Origin: Candidatus Parcubacteria bacterium
GTDB lineage: Bacteria; Patescibacteriota; Minisyncoccia; SURF-38
Assembly: GCA_003599335.1 (NCBI GenBank)
Contig: QZJN01000003.1
Coordinates: forward strand, 4,654-68,653
Direction: 5' to 3'
DNA length: 64,000 nt
The position numbers and the translations under genes are program-made. Below, in pieces: positions 8,794 to 16,787 of the stretch. Each line of letters opens with the position of its first letter. Positions within the stretch are counted from its first letter, which is position 1. Under the pieces are notes generated by a model. It searched no databases. It was not told the origin of the DNA and was given only the letters and a program-made list of their open reading frames with translations.

Positions 8794-10521
8794 ATGAGTA
8801 ACGACGAGATTGCCAAGGTTTTGAATGAACTTGCTGGCTTTTTAGATATGGATGAAGTTCAGTTTAAGCCGAGAGCCTTTGAAAAAGCCGCAGAAGTAAT
8901 TTCAGCCTTTGAACAAGAGATCCCCGAGCTTTATAAGGAGGGCGGCTTGAAGGGAATTATGAGGATACCGGGGGTTGGTGTTGGCATTGCCGAGCGCATT
9001 GAAGAGTTTTTAAAAACAGGACACATTAAAGATCTTGATAAACTTAAGAAAAAATATCCCGTTGATTATCAACAGTTGCGGCGCGTTGAGGGCGTTGGCC
9101 CAAAACACATCAAGAAACTTTACAGGGATTTAGGCATACGCACTTTGGAAGATTTGGAAAATGCGGCCAAAAAAGGAAAAATCAGGAAACTTGGTCATTT
9201 TGGGCAAAAATCAGAGGAAAATATTTTAAGAGGGATAGATTTTGTTAAAAGTTCCGGAGGTCGTTTTGTGTTGGGTGATATTTTGCCGCTTGTGCGTCTA
9301 ATTGAAGAAAGGCTCGGGGCTCTTAAAGAAACAAAGAAGGTTGTTGTCGCCGGTTCTATCAGGCGCTGGAAAGAGACAATCGGGGATATAGATATTTTGG
9401 TTGTCTCAAAAAAACCCAGAAAGGTAATGGATTTTTTTGTAAAAATGCCCGAAGTGATTGATGTTCATGCCCATGGAGAAACAAAAAGTTCTGTTAAACT
9501 TTCAAAAGGAATCGATGTTGATTTAAGAGTCGTTGAAGAAAAAAGTTTTGGCGCCGCGCTTAATTATTTTACTGGCTCAAAAGATCACAACGTTGCCCTA
9601 AGGCAGCTTGCCATAAAGAAGGGTTATAAGCTCAATGAGTACGGTCTTTACAAGGGGGCTAAATTTGTCGCCGGAAGAAACGAAGAAGAATTATATAAGG
9701 CGCTTGGCTTCAAACAGACTTTTATTCCTCCAGAAATGCGCGAAACGAAAGGAGAAATTGAAGCCGCATTAAAAGGAGAGTTGCCAGAGATTATTGGCTA
9801 TAAAGATTTGAGAGGAGACTTACAGACTCAAACCAACTGGACCGACGGCGCTCACTCGATTGAAGAGATGAGCTTGGCTGCCAAAAAAGCCGGACTTGAA
9901 TACATTGTAATTACCGATCATACCAAGGCTTTGGCAATGACGGGGGGTAACGATGAAAAAAGATTGCTCAAACAATGGGCCGAGATTGATGGGCTTAACA
10001 AAAAAGGGCTGGGAGTTAAAATCTTGAAAGGCGCAGAGGTAAATATTTTAAAAGACGGAAGTTTAGATATTGATGATAAAACTCTTTCTCAAGGCGATGT
10101 TATTGGCGCGGCCGTGCACACCAATTTTAATATGAGTAAAAAAGATATGACCGAGCGTATAAAAAGAGCTATGAAAAATCCAAACGTAGATATTTTGTTT
10201 CATCCAACCGGGCGACTAATTAATAAAAGAGAAGCATATGAACTTGATATGGAAGAAATTATAAAAACCGCCAAAAATAGCGGGACGATTTTGGAGATAG
10301 ATGCTTATCCCGACAGGCTTGATCTTAAGGATGATCATATACGTTCAGCCATTGAGGCCGGGGTAAAGCTTTCAATTGACTCTGATGCTCATAATAAGAA
10401 TCATTTTGGGGTCTTGGAGTTTGGTGTCGCCCAGGCAAGACGAGGTTGGGCCACCAAAAAAGATATTATCAATGCTTGGCCGGCCGAAAAGATGTTAAAA
10501 TCTTTAAAAGATGCCCGTTGA
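8794..10521 (+). CDS. polX: DNA polymerase/3'-5' exonuclease PolX (Pol beta-like domain plus C-terminal PHP domain)
   Basis: N-terminal helix-hairpin-helix and Pol-beta nucleotidyltransferase motifs (GSIRRWKETIGDIDILV). C-terminal PHP histidinol-phosphatase-like block (ITDHT..., FHPTGR..., DSDAH). Start placed at MSNDEI, which fits PolX N-termini. Confidence 0.85.
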   Translation: MSNDEIAKVLNELAGFLDMDEVQFKPRAFEKAAEVISAFEQEIPELYKEGGLKGIMRIPGVGVGIAERIEEFLKTGHIKDLDKLKKKYPVDYQQLRRVEGVGPKHIKKLYRDLGIRTLEDLENAAKKGKIRKLGHFGQKSEENILRGIDFVKSSGGRFVLGDILPLVRLIEERLGALKETKKVVVAGSIRRWKETIGDIDILVVSKKPRKVMDFFVKMPEVIDVHAHGETKSSVKLSKGIDVDLRVVEEKSFGAALNYFTGSKDHNVALRQLAIKKGYKLNEYGLYKGAKFVAGRNEEELYKALGFKQTFIPPEMRETKGEIEAALKGELPEIIGYKDLRGDLQTQTNWTDGAHSIEEMSLAAKKAGLEYIVITDHTKALAMTGGNDEKRLLKQWAEIDGLNKKGLGVKILKGAEVNILKDGSLDIDDKTLSQGDVIGAAVHTNFNMSKKDMTERIKRAMKNPNVDILFHPTGRLINKREAYELDMEEIIKTAKNSGTILEIDAYPDRLDLKDDHIRSAIEAGVKLSIDSDAHNKNHFGVLEFGVAQARRGWATKKDIINAWPAEKMLKSLKDAR

Positions 10522-10954
10522 ACGCTCAGCTGGCCTGATTTTATTTAATGAAGCCAGAGAAGGAAGACGTTATCTGGTTTTGCATTCCACGCCATCGCCC
10601 GAATACCCTGATTTTTGGGATTTTTCCAAAGGAGTTCTTGATGGAAATGAGAAGGGTGTCGAAGCTGCTCGCCGTGAAGCCCAAGAAGAAACAGGAATAA
10701 CAGACCTCGATATTATTGAGGGTTTTAAATATACTGCTCGTTATTTCAGAAAAAATCGTAATGGAAAAGGCATTATTCCAAAGTTTGTCGCTATGTTTTT
10801 GGCCAGGACCGATAAAAAAGAAGTAAAGCTTTCATGGGAGCATGATAAATTTGAATGGTTAACTTATGAAGAGGCGCTTAATAGAATTTCAAACAAAGAA
10901 ATAAAAAAATCTTTGGAAGCCGCGGAAGATTTTTTAAATAAAAATGACATTTGA
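10511..10954 (+). CDS. NUDIX hydrolase
   Basis: Nudix box G-x5-E-x7-REAQEETGI present. Confidence 0.8.
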   Translation: MPVERSAGLILFNEAREGRRYLVLHSTPSPEYPDFWDFSKGVLDGNEKGVEAARREAQEETGITDLDIIEGFKYTARYFRKNRNGKGIIPKFVAMFLARTDKKEVKLSWEHDKFEWLTYEEALNRISNKEIKKSLEAAEDFLNKNDI

Positions 10955-11390
10955 ACATTCAGCAGGAGCAATAATATTCTTTAGAAGGCGACATAGTTTT
11001 TCTGTGCAGGCAGGTCTTGACTTCTTGCTTGTGCGGTATGCCAAGCGAGGTGGTTTTCGATGGGATTATGTAAAGGGTGGGGTGGAGAAAGGAGAAACTT
11101 CTCTTGCAGCAATGCTTCGAGAGGTCCGAGAAGAAACCGGGATAAAATATCCCCGTTACATCAGGGGTTTTCACCGTGCTATTAAGTGGCATTATCAGCG
11201 GGCCGGAAAGCCTTATTTTAAAACTGTCGATTTTTATCTTGTTGAATCTCCGACACGAAAAGTTTCTTTAAGCCCGGAACATAGTGCTTACGCCTGGATG
11301 CCTTACCAGGTAACTTTACGCCGTTTGAAACACAAAAACGCAAGAGAAATTTTGCAAAAAGCCTATGAGTTTTTGACAAAACAAAAATAA
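10944..11390 (+). CDS. NUDIX hydrolase (second, tandem paralog)
   Basis: Nudix box GGVEKGETSLAAMLREVREETGI. Overlaps the previous gene by 11 nt. Confidence 0.75.
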   Translation: MTFEHSAGAIIFFRRRHSFSVQAGLDFLLVRYAKRGGFRWDYVKGGVEKGETSLAAMLREVREETGIKYPRYIRGFHRAIKWHYQRAGKPYFKTVDFYLVESPTRKVSLSPEHSAYAWMPYQVTLRRLKHKNAREILQKAYEFLTKQK

Positions 11391-11478
11391 GAAATGTTCT
11401 GACATTTCTTGAATTTCCGTCGCTTAACCATCGCAAAAAATTTTGTGTGGCCTCGCTAGGAAATATAGCCGGGCCTTC
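11388..11478 (+). repeat. Copy A of a ~90-nt repeated intergenic element (hairpin AGAAATG..CATTTCT followed by TTGAAtTTCCGTC..GGCcTCGcTAGGAAaTATA)
   Basis: Shares about 35 nt at roughly 90% identity, plus a second conserved block, with 48950-49045. Confidence 0.5.
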
Positions 11479-11484
11479 TTTATT

Positions 11485-11832
11485 TTACTTTTTTATTCGG
11501 TTTGTGAGTTCGTTAAATATCTCTGGATGATTCATTGCCAGCTCGGAAAGAATTTTTCGGTCGATTTTGATATTGGCTTTTTTCAGATCACCCATGAATT
11601 TAGAGTAGTTTAAACCCTTGGTTCTTAGGGCCGCATTAATGCGTAGTTGCCATAATCTTCTGAAGTCTCTTTTCTTTAGCTTTCTTGATACGAACTGATA
11701 AGTCCATTTTTTCAAGAGAGCTTCTTTTGCCAGCCGTTCCTTGTTTTTGAGGCCGCCACGAAAACCCTTGGTTTCTTTGAGAAACTTTCTCCGGCGTTTT
11801 AATGCATGAACCGCTCCTTTTACTCTGGCCAT
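11485..11832 (-). CDS. rplT: 50S ribosomal protein L20
   Basis: MARVKGAVHALKRRRKFLK... typical bL20 N-terminus. infC-rpmI-rplT order. Confidence 0.9.
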   Translation of the reverse strand: MARVKGAVHALKRRRKFLKETKGFRGGLKNKERLAKEALLKKWTYQFVSRKLKKRDFRRLWQLRINAALRTKGLNYSKFMGDLKKANIKIDRKILSELAMNHPEIFNELTNRIKK

Positions 11833-11838
11833 ATTATT

Positions 11839-12030
11839 TTAAGCGTAAGGAAGATGCCTTTTAATTCTTTTGGCGACTTGTGCCGATAACTCGCTGGTTT
11901 TATGAAGACTGCGGGTTTTGTTGCCAGATTGTTTTGCATTGAAATGATTTTGTCCTATCTTGCGACGGATAAATTTATTTTTTGACGTTACCTTTATTCT
12001 TTTTGAAATGGCTTTTTTTGTTTTTAACAT
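11839..12030 (-). CDS. rpmI: 50S ribosomal protein L35
   Basis: 63-aa basic protein MLKTKKAISKRIKVT... matching bL35. Confidence 0.85.
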   Translation of the reverse strand: MLKTKKAISKRIKVTSKNKFIRRKIGQNHFNAKQSGNKTRSLHKTSELSAQVAKRIKRHLPYA

Positions 12031-12031
12031 A

Positions 12032-12529
12032 CTATTTGGTTTTGGTTATAACCACATTGAATCCGTTGGGCAAAACTTTTATTTCTTCTTCTGTTTTATA
12101 ATTTTTTAACATTGTAAGGAATTCATTGAATTTTTCTCTGGCAAATCTTTTAACAGCTTTTTCTCTTCCTCTAAGGAGCATTTCAACAGTTACTTTATGA
12201 CCTTCCTCAAAAAACTTGTTTATTTGATTTATTTTAACTTCAAGATCGTGTTTTGAAGCTTTAAAGCTAATGCGCACACTTTTAACCTCGCTTTTTTTCT
12301 GAGCAGATTTGCGGGCGAGTTTAGCCTGCTGATAGAGGTATTTGCCGTAATTTACAAATCTTACAACCGGAGGTTCTGTTTTGGCGGCAACTTCCATCAA
12401 ATCAAAACCCCGCTCTGAAGCGAGGTGCATAGCCTCCTGAGTATTCATTACCCCAAGTTGCTTGCCCGTTTCGTCAATAACCCTGACTTTCGGAGATTTA
12501 ATTTGTTGGTTGATTCTGTGCTGTAAAAT
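12032..12529 (-). CDS. infC: Translation initiation factor IF-3, with probable non-canonical ATT start
   Basis: The ATG-ORF begins at the IF3 linker (MNTQEAMHLASERGFDLMEV...). The in-frame upstream sequence encodes (I)LQHRINQQIKSPKVRVIDETGKQLGV, matching the IF3 N-domain (RINxxIRxxEVRLIxExGEQLGV), and begins at an ATT codon at 12529. Confidence 0.8.
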   Translation of the reverse strand: MLQHRINQQIKSPKVRVIDETGKQLGVMNTQEAMHLASERGFDLMEVAAKTEPPVVRFVNYGKYLYQQAKLARKSAQKKSEVKSVRISFKASKHDLEVKINQINKFFEEGHKVTVEMLLRGREKAVKRFAREKFNEFLTMLKNYKTEEEIKVLPNGFNVVITKTK

Positions 12530-12649
12530 AGCTTTTCTATTATTGATGGAAAAATCCTAACAGGTTTATTGAAATTTAGCAAGTTCCTTTCAATTCCTAT
12601 GTTGTATGTTAAAATTACATTTCGTAAGTATTAATCACAAAAATAATTC

Positions 12650-13135
12650 ATGACCTCAAGAGAATTTTTTATTTATACTATTAAAGACGAATCGCCAAGA
12701 TTTGAAAGGCTATTTAAAGCTTTGCCCGACGATAAGTTGAGTTGGCGACCGCACGAGCGAAATAAAAGCGCTATGGAGCTTATGGTTTCTATGGCCAGCG
12801 AGTTTGCTACAATGCCAGATATTTTGCAAAAAGGTGTTGTTGATTTTGTCGAGCTTAAGCCGGTTGCTTTCAAGAACGGCGAAGAAGCAGCTGATTTTTT
12901 TGTAAAGATGTCCCGACAAAGCGCAGATTTGGCTTCAAAAATGACAGATGATGAATGGGAAGAAAAAGCCGAAATGTTGTTAAAAGGAAAAAGCGAATGG
13001 AAAGCGACAAAAAATATAATGGCCTGGGGCCTTATTTTAGATCTTATCCATCACAGGGGTCAGCTTTCGGTTTATATAAGACCGATGGGCGGGCGCGTTC
13101 CGTCAATTTATGGGCCTTCGGGGGATAGCAAATAG
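12650..13135 (+). CDS. DinB/YfiT-like (DinB_2) putative metal-dependent hydrolase
   Basis: About 160-aa four-helix-bundle protein with the C-terminal HHRGQLSVY motif typical of the DinB family. Confidence 0.55.
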   Translation: MTSREFFIYTIKDESPRFERLFKALPDDKLSWRPHERNKSAMELMVSMASEFATMPDILQKGVVDFVELKPVAFKNGEEAADFFVKMSRQSADLASKMTDDEWEEKAEMLLKGKSEWKATKNIMAWGLILDLIHHRGQLSVYIRPMGGRVPSIYGPSGDSK

Positions 13136-13140
13136 ATAAA

Positions 13141-13860
13141 ATGATTTATAAAGTTAGATTAAAAAATAAAGAAGAAGTGGCTGAAGGCACGATGAGTTTT
13201 CATTTTGAAAAACCCAACAAGTTCGATTTTAAGGCCGGTCAACATATAGAAATTACCCTTATAAATCCAAAAGAAACAGACAAAGAAGGCAACACAAGAT
13301 CATTTTCTTTGGTAAATGCTCCTCATCAAGGTGAGCTCATAATAGCAACCAGGATGCGTGACTCGGCTTTTAAGAGAGCCTTGAAAAATTCATCCCCAGG
13401 ATTTGAGGTTGAGATCGGAGGGCCTTATGGATCAATGACTCTTCATAAAGATTCTTCAAAGCCAGCCGTTTTTCTTGCCGGAGGTATAGGCATAACCCCT
13501 TTTATGAGCATGATAAGATACGCCGCTTATGAGAAACTGCCTCATAGGATATATCTTTTTTATTCAAATCGAAGGCCAGAAGATGCAGCTTTTCTTGATG
13601 AACTTAAGCTGATGGAAGGGCAAAACAAAAATTATAGATTTATCGGAACAATGACCGATATGCAGAAATCAAATCATGATTGGCAAGGAGAGAGGGGGTA
13701 CATAAATGAAGGAATGTTCTCCAAATACATTGGTGATTTAGATAAGCCCATATATTATATTGCCGGACCACCAGCGATGGTTAAGGCTTTGAATGAAATG
13801 TTGGTTGCTACTGGCGTGAGTGAAGATAATATTAGGTTTGAAGAATTTGCAGGGTATTGA
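13141..13860 (+). CDS. Ferredoxin-NADP reductase-like FAD/NAD(P)-binding oxidoreductase
   Basis: FAD-binding RSFSL (RxYS-type) motif, a GGIGITPF NAD-binding glycine motif and a C-terminal YIAGPPAMV block. Confidence 0.6.
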   Translation: MIYKVRLKNKEEVAEGTMSFHFEKPNKFDFKAGQHIEITLINPKETDKEGNTRSFSLVNAPHQGELIIATRMRDSAFKRALKNSSPGFEVEIGGPYGSMTLHKDSSKPAVFLAGGIGITPFMSMIRYAAYEKLPHRIYLFYSNRRPEDAAFLDELKLMEGQNKNYRFIGTMTDMQKSNHDWQGERGYINEGMFSKYIGDLDKPIYYIAGPPAMVKALNEMLVATGVSEDNIRFEEFAGY

Positions 13861-13943
13861 CACTACTAATTATTTGTGATATAGATATTTTGTATTGATA
13901 TCAAATCAAGGAGGGGGCTTTGAATTCAATCAAGGAAAGGGTA

Positions 13944-14522
13944 ATGGCTTTGAGGCAAGAGTATCGCTGCGTGCCTTTCGCGCGGTTCACCGAAATAGTT
14001 TTTGAAATCGGCCGCGATGTCGTTTCCAGGGGCGGCAGCGAGGAAGATTGGAATGTCTTGAGGGCGCTTCTTGAGGAAGCCAAGGCAGAAAGCCTCAAGG
14101 AGCGTCGGGCGGAAGAACAAAAGGTTGCGGAGCAGATCGAGAAAATCACCGCTTCCATGTTGCACCGCAAGCTCAAGCTCAATTTGCCCGACGACGTTGA
14201 CCCCGAGCACATCCAGGCCATTTTGGTTTATGGGTTTATCGCTCCCTCGAGCAGCAAGAGATTTGTGGGGAGTAGGTTTCTGCCTGGCGAGCACATCCTC
14301 AAGGATGTGTTCAACAAGCTGGGGCCGAAATTCAACGCTGTGGAGTACCGCGTAGCCTTCAGCTTTCTCGTCAATCACGGGGTTATCCGCGAGCGTTCCA
14401 GGCGCACCACGGTTTACTCCATGAGTGTCAACGAGGGGTCTTCGGAGCTGACCGACTGGGGCATTCAAATCGTTCGTTCGTGCAAGCAGTTTATGCACGA
14501 GCAACACAACCACAACAAATAG
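13944..14522 (+). CDS. GC-rich (about 57%) orphan hypothetical protein
   Basis: Coding-like ORF with a strong compositional contrast to its neighbours. RBS-like AAGGAAAGGG precedes the ATG at 13944 (the track ORF starts earlier, at TTG 13920). Strong terminator follows. The antisense ORF 13926..14513 is interpreted as a shadow ORF. Confidence 0.45.
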   Translation: MALRQEYRCVPFARFTEIVFEIGRDVVSRGGSEEDWNVLRALLEEAKAESLKERRAEEQKVAEQIEKITASMLHRKLKLNLPDDVDPEHIQAILVYGFIAPSSSKRFVGSRFLPGEHILKDVFNKLGPKFNAVEYRVAFSFLVNHGVIRERSRRTTVYSMSVNEGSSELTDWGIQIVRSCKQFMHEQHNHNK

Positions 14523-14532
14523 TTCTTGGCCC

Positions 14533-14578
14533 TGGGGCCTCGTCTAAATCGTAAGATGAGGCCCTGTTTTTTATTTTA
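14533..14578. terminator. Bidirectional rho-independent terminator between the convergent GC-rich orphan gene and pyrG
   Basis: GGGGCCTCGTC..GATGAGGCCC stem followed by TGTTTTTTATTTT. Confidence 0.6.
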
Positions 14579-16214
14579 CTATACGTTTTTTTGAGGCAGC
14601 TTTTATAAAAGAAAAATAGATCGGGTGAGGAAATAAAGGCCGCGATTTAAATTCGGGGTGAAACTGGGTGCCTAAAAAGAAAGGATGATCCGCAAGTTCA
14701 AATATTTCAACCAAAGCTCCTTTTGGCGAAAGCCCCGAGAACAAAGCCCCCTTTTTTTCAAAAGCAATGCGGTATTTATTGTTGAATTCATAACGATGGC
14801 GATGACGTTCTTTTATTGGTGTTTTTATTTTAAATTTGGCGTAAGCTTTTTGGGCCAGAGATTTATCTTTTAAATGACAAGGATAAGCGCCAAGCCTCAT
14901 CGTGCCGCCAAAATGGTTTTTGGCGAGATGCCTCAATTGTTCCGGGATTAAATCAATTACGGGGTGGGGCGTTTTTGGATTGATTTCTTTTGTGTTTGCG
15001 CCTTTTAATTTCAAGACGTTTCGGGCAAATTCAATAACAGCCATTTGCATGCCATAACATATTCCAAGATAAGGAATTTTGTTGACCCTGGCGAAATGTA
15101 CTGCCGAAATTTTTCCTTCCACACCGCGTTCCCCGAAACCACCAGGTATCAGAATGCCATCGTAATTTTTAAGTTCCTTCAGTTTTGTTTTGGATTTTTC
15201 AAATTCAGTGGAATCAATCCAGCTTAAAATGGGCTTTAGGTTTTGAGCCCAAGCAGCGTGTTTTAGGGCTTCTATCAAAGATATATATGAGTCTGAAAAT
15301 GTGAAATCGCCGCTTTTAAAATATTTGCCGACGATAGCTATTTTTACTTCTTTTTTAAAACCTTTAATTTTTGTCGTAAGACGCTTCCAGCTTTTTAAAT
15401 CTTTGGTTTGGGATTTTATTTTAAGTTTTTTAAGAATTTTTGAGCCAAGGCCATCTCGTTCGAAATTAAGAGGAATTTCGTAAATATTCGTCACGTCCGG
15501 AGCCGAGATTACATCTTCTTCGCGGACTCCGCAGAAAGTTGCGAGTTTTCTTTTGCGGGGTATATCAATTGGTTGGTTGGAGCGGCCAATTATAAAATCG
15601 GGCTGAACTCCGGCCGAATTTAACAAATGAGCGGCTGTCTGGGTTGGTTTTGTTTTCATCTCGCCGATTTTTGCAGGAACCGGCAAAAAACTTACCAAAA
15701 TAAAAACAACATCCGACGGATGTTTAAGCTTGAGCATTCTACCGGCTTCTATAAAAAGAAGATTTTGGTATTCTCCGACAGTGCCGCCGATTTCAACGAC
15801 AACAACTTTGGCTTTTGTTTTGCGCGCAGCAATGTTCAATCGTCTGATTATCTCTTCGGGAATGTGAGGCACGGCTTCAACGCATTTTCCGCCATATCCC
15901 AAGGCTCGTTCTTTTTCTATCACGGCCCTGTAAACCCTGCCGGTCGTCATATAGTTCGTTGAGAGAATATTTTGGTCTAAAAATCTTTCGTAATTTCCTA
16001 TATCTTGGTCTGTTTCATCGCCATCTTCGGTCACAAAGACCTCTCCATGTTCTGTCGGGTTCATTGTGCCGGCGTCAACGTTTAAATACGGATCTATTTT
16101 TACGGCCGTTACCGGTACACCCTTGCTTTGTAAAATTTTGGCTATAGAAGCGACCGTGGTGCCTTTGCCAACGCCAGACATTACCCCTCCAACAACAAAA
16201 ATATACTTAACCAT
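14571..16214 (-). CDS. pyrG: CTP synthase
   Basis: MVKYIFVVGGVMSGVGKG N-terminal P-loop-like signature. C-terminal glutamine amidotransferase (GICYGMQ, HPEF). Start placed at MVKYIF (16214) rather than the upstream ATG. Confidence 0.9.
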   Translation of the reverse strand: MVKYIFVVGGVMSGVGKGTTVASIAKILQSKGVPVTAVKIDPYLNVDAGTMNPTEHGEVFVTEDGDETDQDIGNYERFLDQNILSTNYMTTGRVYRAVIEKERALGYGGKCVEAVPHIPEEIIRRLNIAARKTKAKVVVVEIGGTVGEYQNLLFIEAGRMLKLKHPSDVVFILVSFLPVPAKIGEMKTKPTQTAAHLLNSAGVQPDFIIGRSNQPIDIPRKRKLATFCGVREEDVISAPDVTNIYEIPLNFERDGLGSKILKKLKIKSQTKDLKSWKRLTTKIKGFKKEVKIAIVGKYFKSGDFTFSDSYISLIEALKHAAWAQNLKPILSWIDSTEFEKSKTKLKELKNYDGILIPGGFGERGVEGKISAVHFARVNKIPYLGICYGMQMAVIEFARNVLKLKGANTKEINPKTPHPVIDLIPEQLRHLAKNHFGGTMRLGAYPCHLKDKSLAQKAYAKFKIKTPIKERHRHRYEFNNKYRIAFEKKGALFSGLSPKGALVEIFELADHPFFLGTQFHPEFKSRPLFPHPIYFSFIKAASKKRIVK

Positions 16215-16290
16215 CCTTTCTATTTTGCCAGCTTTGAGGAATTTGGGCAAAAAAGAAAAAGGCCAATTTGGGTTAGCCTTTTTCTATCTG

Positions 16291-16309
16291 GTGGAGATGG
16301 GCGGAGTTG
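16291..16309. repeat. 19-nt direct repeat of the tmRNA 3' end (att-like footprint)
   Basis: GTGGAGATGGGCGGAGTTG at 16291-16309 is identical to 16490-16508, the complement of the tmRNA T-arm/acceptor 3' end. Confidence 0.7.
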
Positions 16310-16489
16310 CCTACAACTCTCACCAACTTCCGTTGGCTCGGTCGCAGGCCCGCCTCGCGGTTTGGCTCGCCTGTCGCTCGCCAAACATCGCTCCGGCATT
16401 CAACTCGGCTCGCGAGTAAAGCAGTTTACTCGCTTCTCATCTCCACATAAATCAAAAATTACCCAGCATTTATTGGGTAATTTTTGCTT
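16310..16489 (-). mobile_element. 180-bp GC-rich remnant segment between the tmRNA 3' end and its displaced 19-nt copy; carries the hairpin GCGAGTAAA..TTTACTCGC and the core GAGTTGAATGCCGGA shared with the tRNA-Leu-associated element
   Basis: Hairpin at 16412-16433 (plus-strand coordinates). The 15-nt core at 16392-16406 is the reverse complement of 51199-51213. A tmRNA terminator hairpin lies at 16462-16490. Confidence 0.5.
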
Positions 16490-16786
16490 GTGGAGATGGG
16501 CGGAGTTGAACCGCCGTCCGGAAGAAGCTTGATGACAAAGTTTCTACGAATGTACCCCCGTACGTGGGAGAGACGCTAAAAAGTTCAGTGCCTGCTTGCG
16601 CAGGCGCGCTCAATATATAACACCGGTTTTCTGCCCATTGAGCATCAGCAGGCCGATGGGCTTACTTAAGCGTAAGCCAGTGCCAAGTTTTTGTTGGCAG
16701 TTATAAGTTTTGCACCAGATTTACAAGTTAGTGCAGCTTGATTCGCGCTTTGTCAGAACATTCATCCGTCGAAGCCCGACATCCCC
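16488..16786 (-). ncRNA. ssrA: tmRNA (SsrA), one-piece
   Basis: Minus-strand 5' GGGGAUGUCGGGCUUCGACGG, like the canonical tmRNA 5' end. The 3' end is ..GGACGGCGGUUCAACUCCGCCCAUCUCCA(CA), with a G3:U acceptor pair. The internal tag reading frame is GCC AAC AAA AAC UUG GCA CUG GCU UAC GCU UAA, giving ANKNLALAYA. smpB is immediately upstream. Confidence 0.85.
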
Positions 16787-16787
16787 T

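Noticed and set aside
13926-14513. 195-aa minus-strand ORF fully antisense to the GC-rich orphan gene
   Set aside because: High-GC DNA yields long shadow ORFs. The plus-strand ORF has an RBS-like sequence and a downstream terminator in the correct orientation, so the antisense ORF is treated as spurious.
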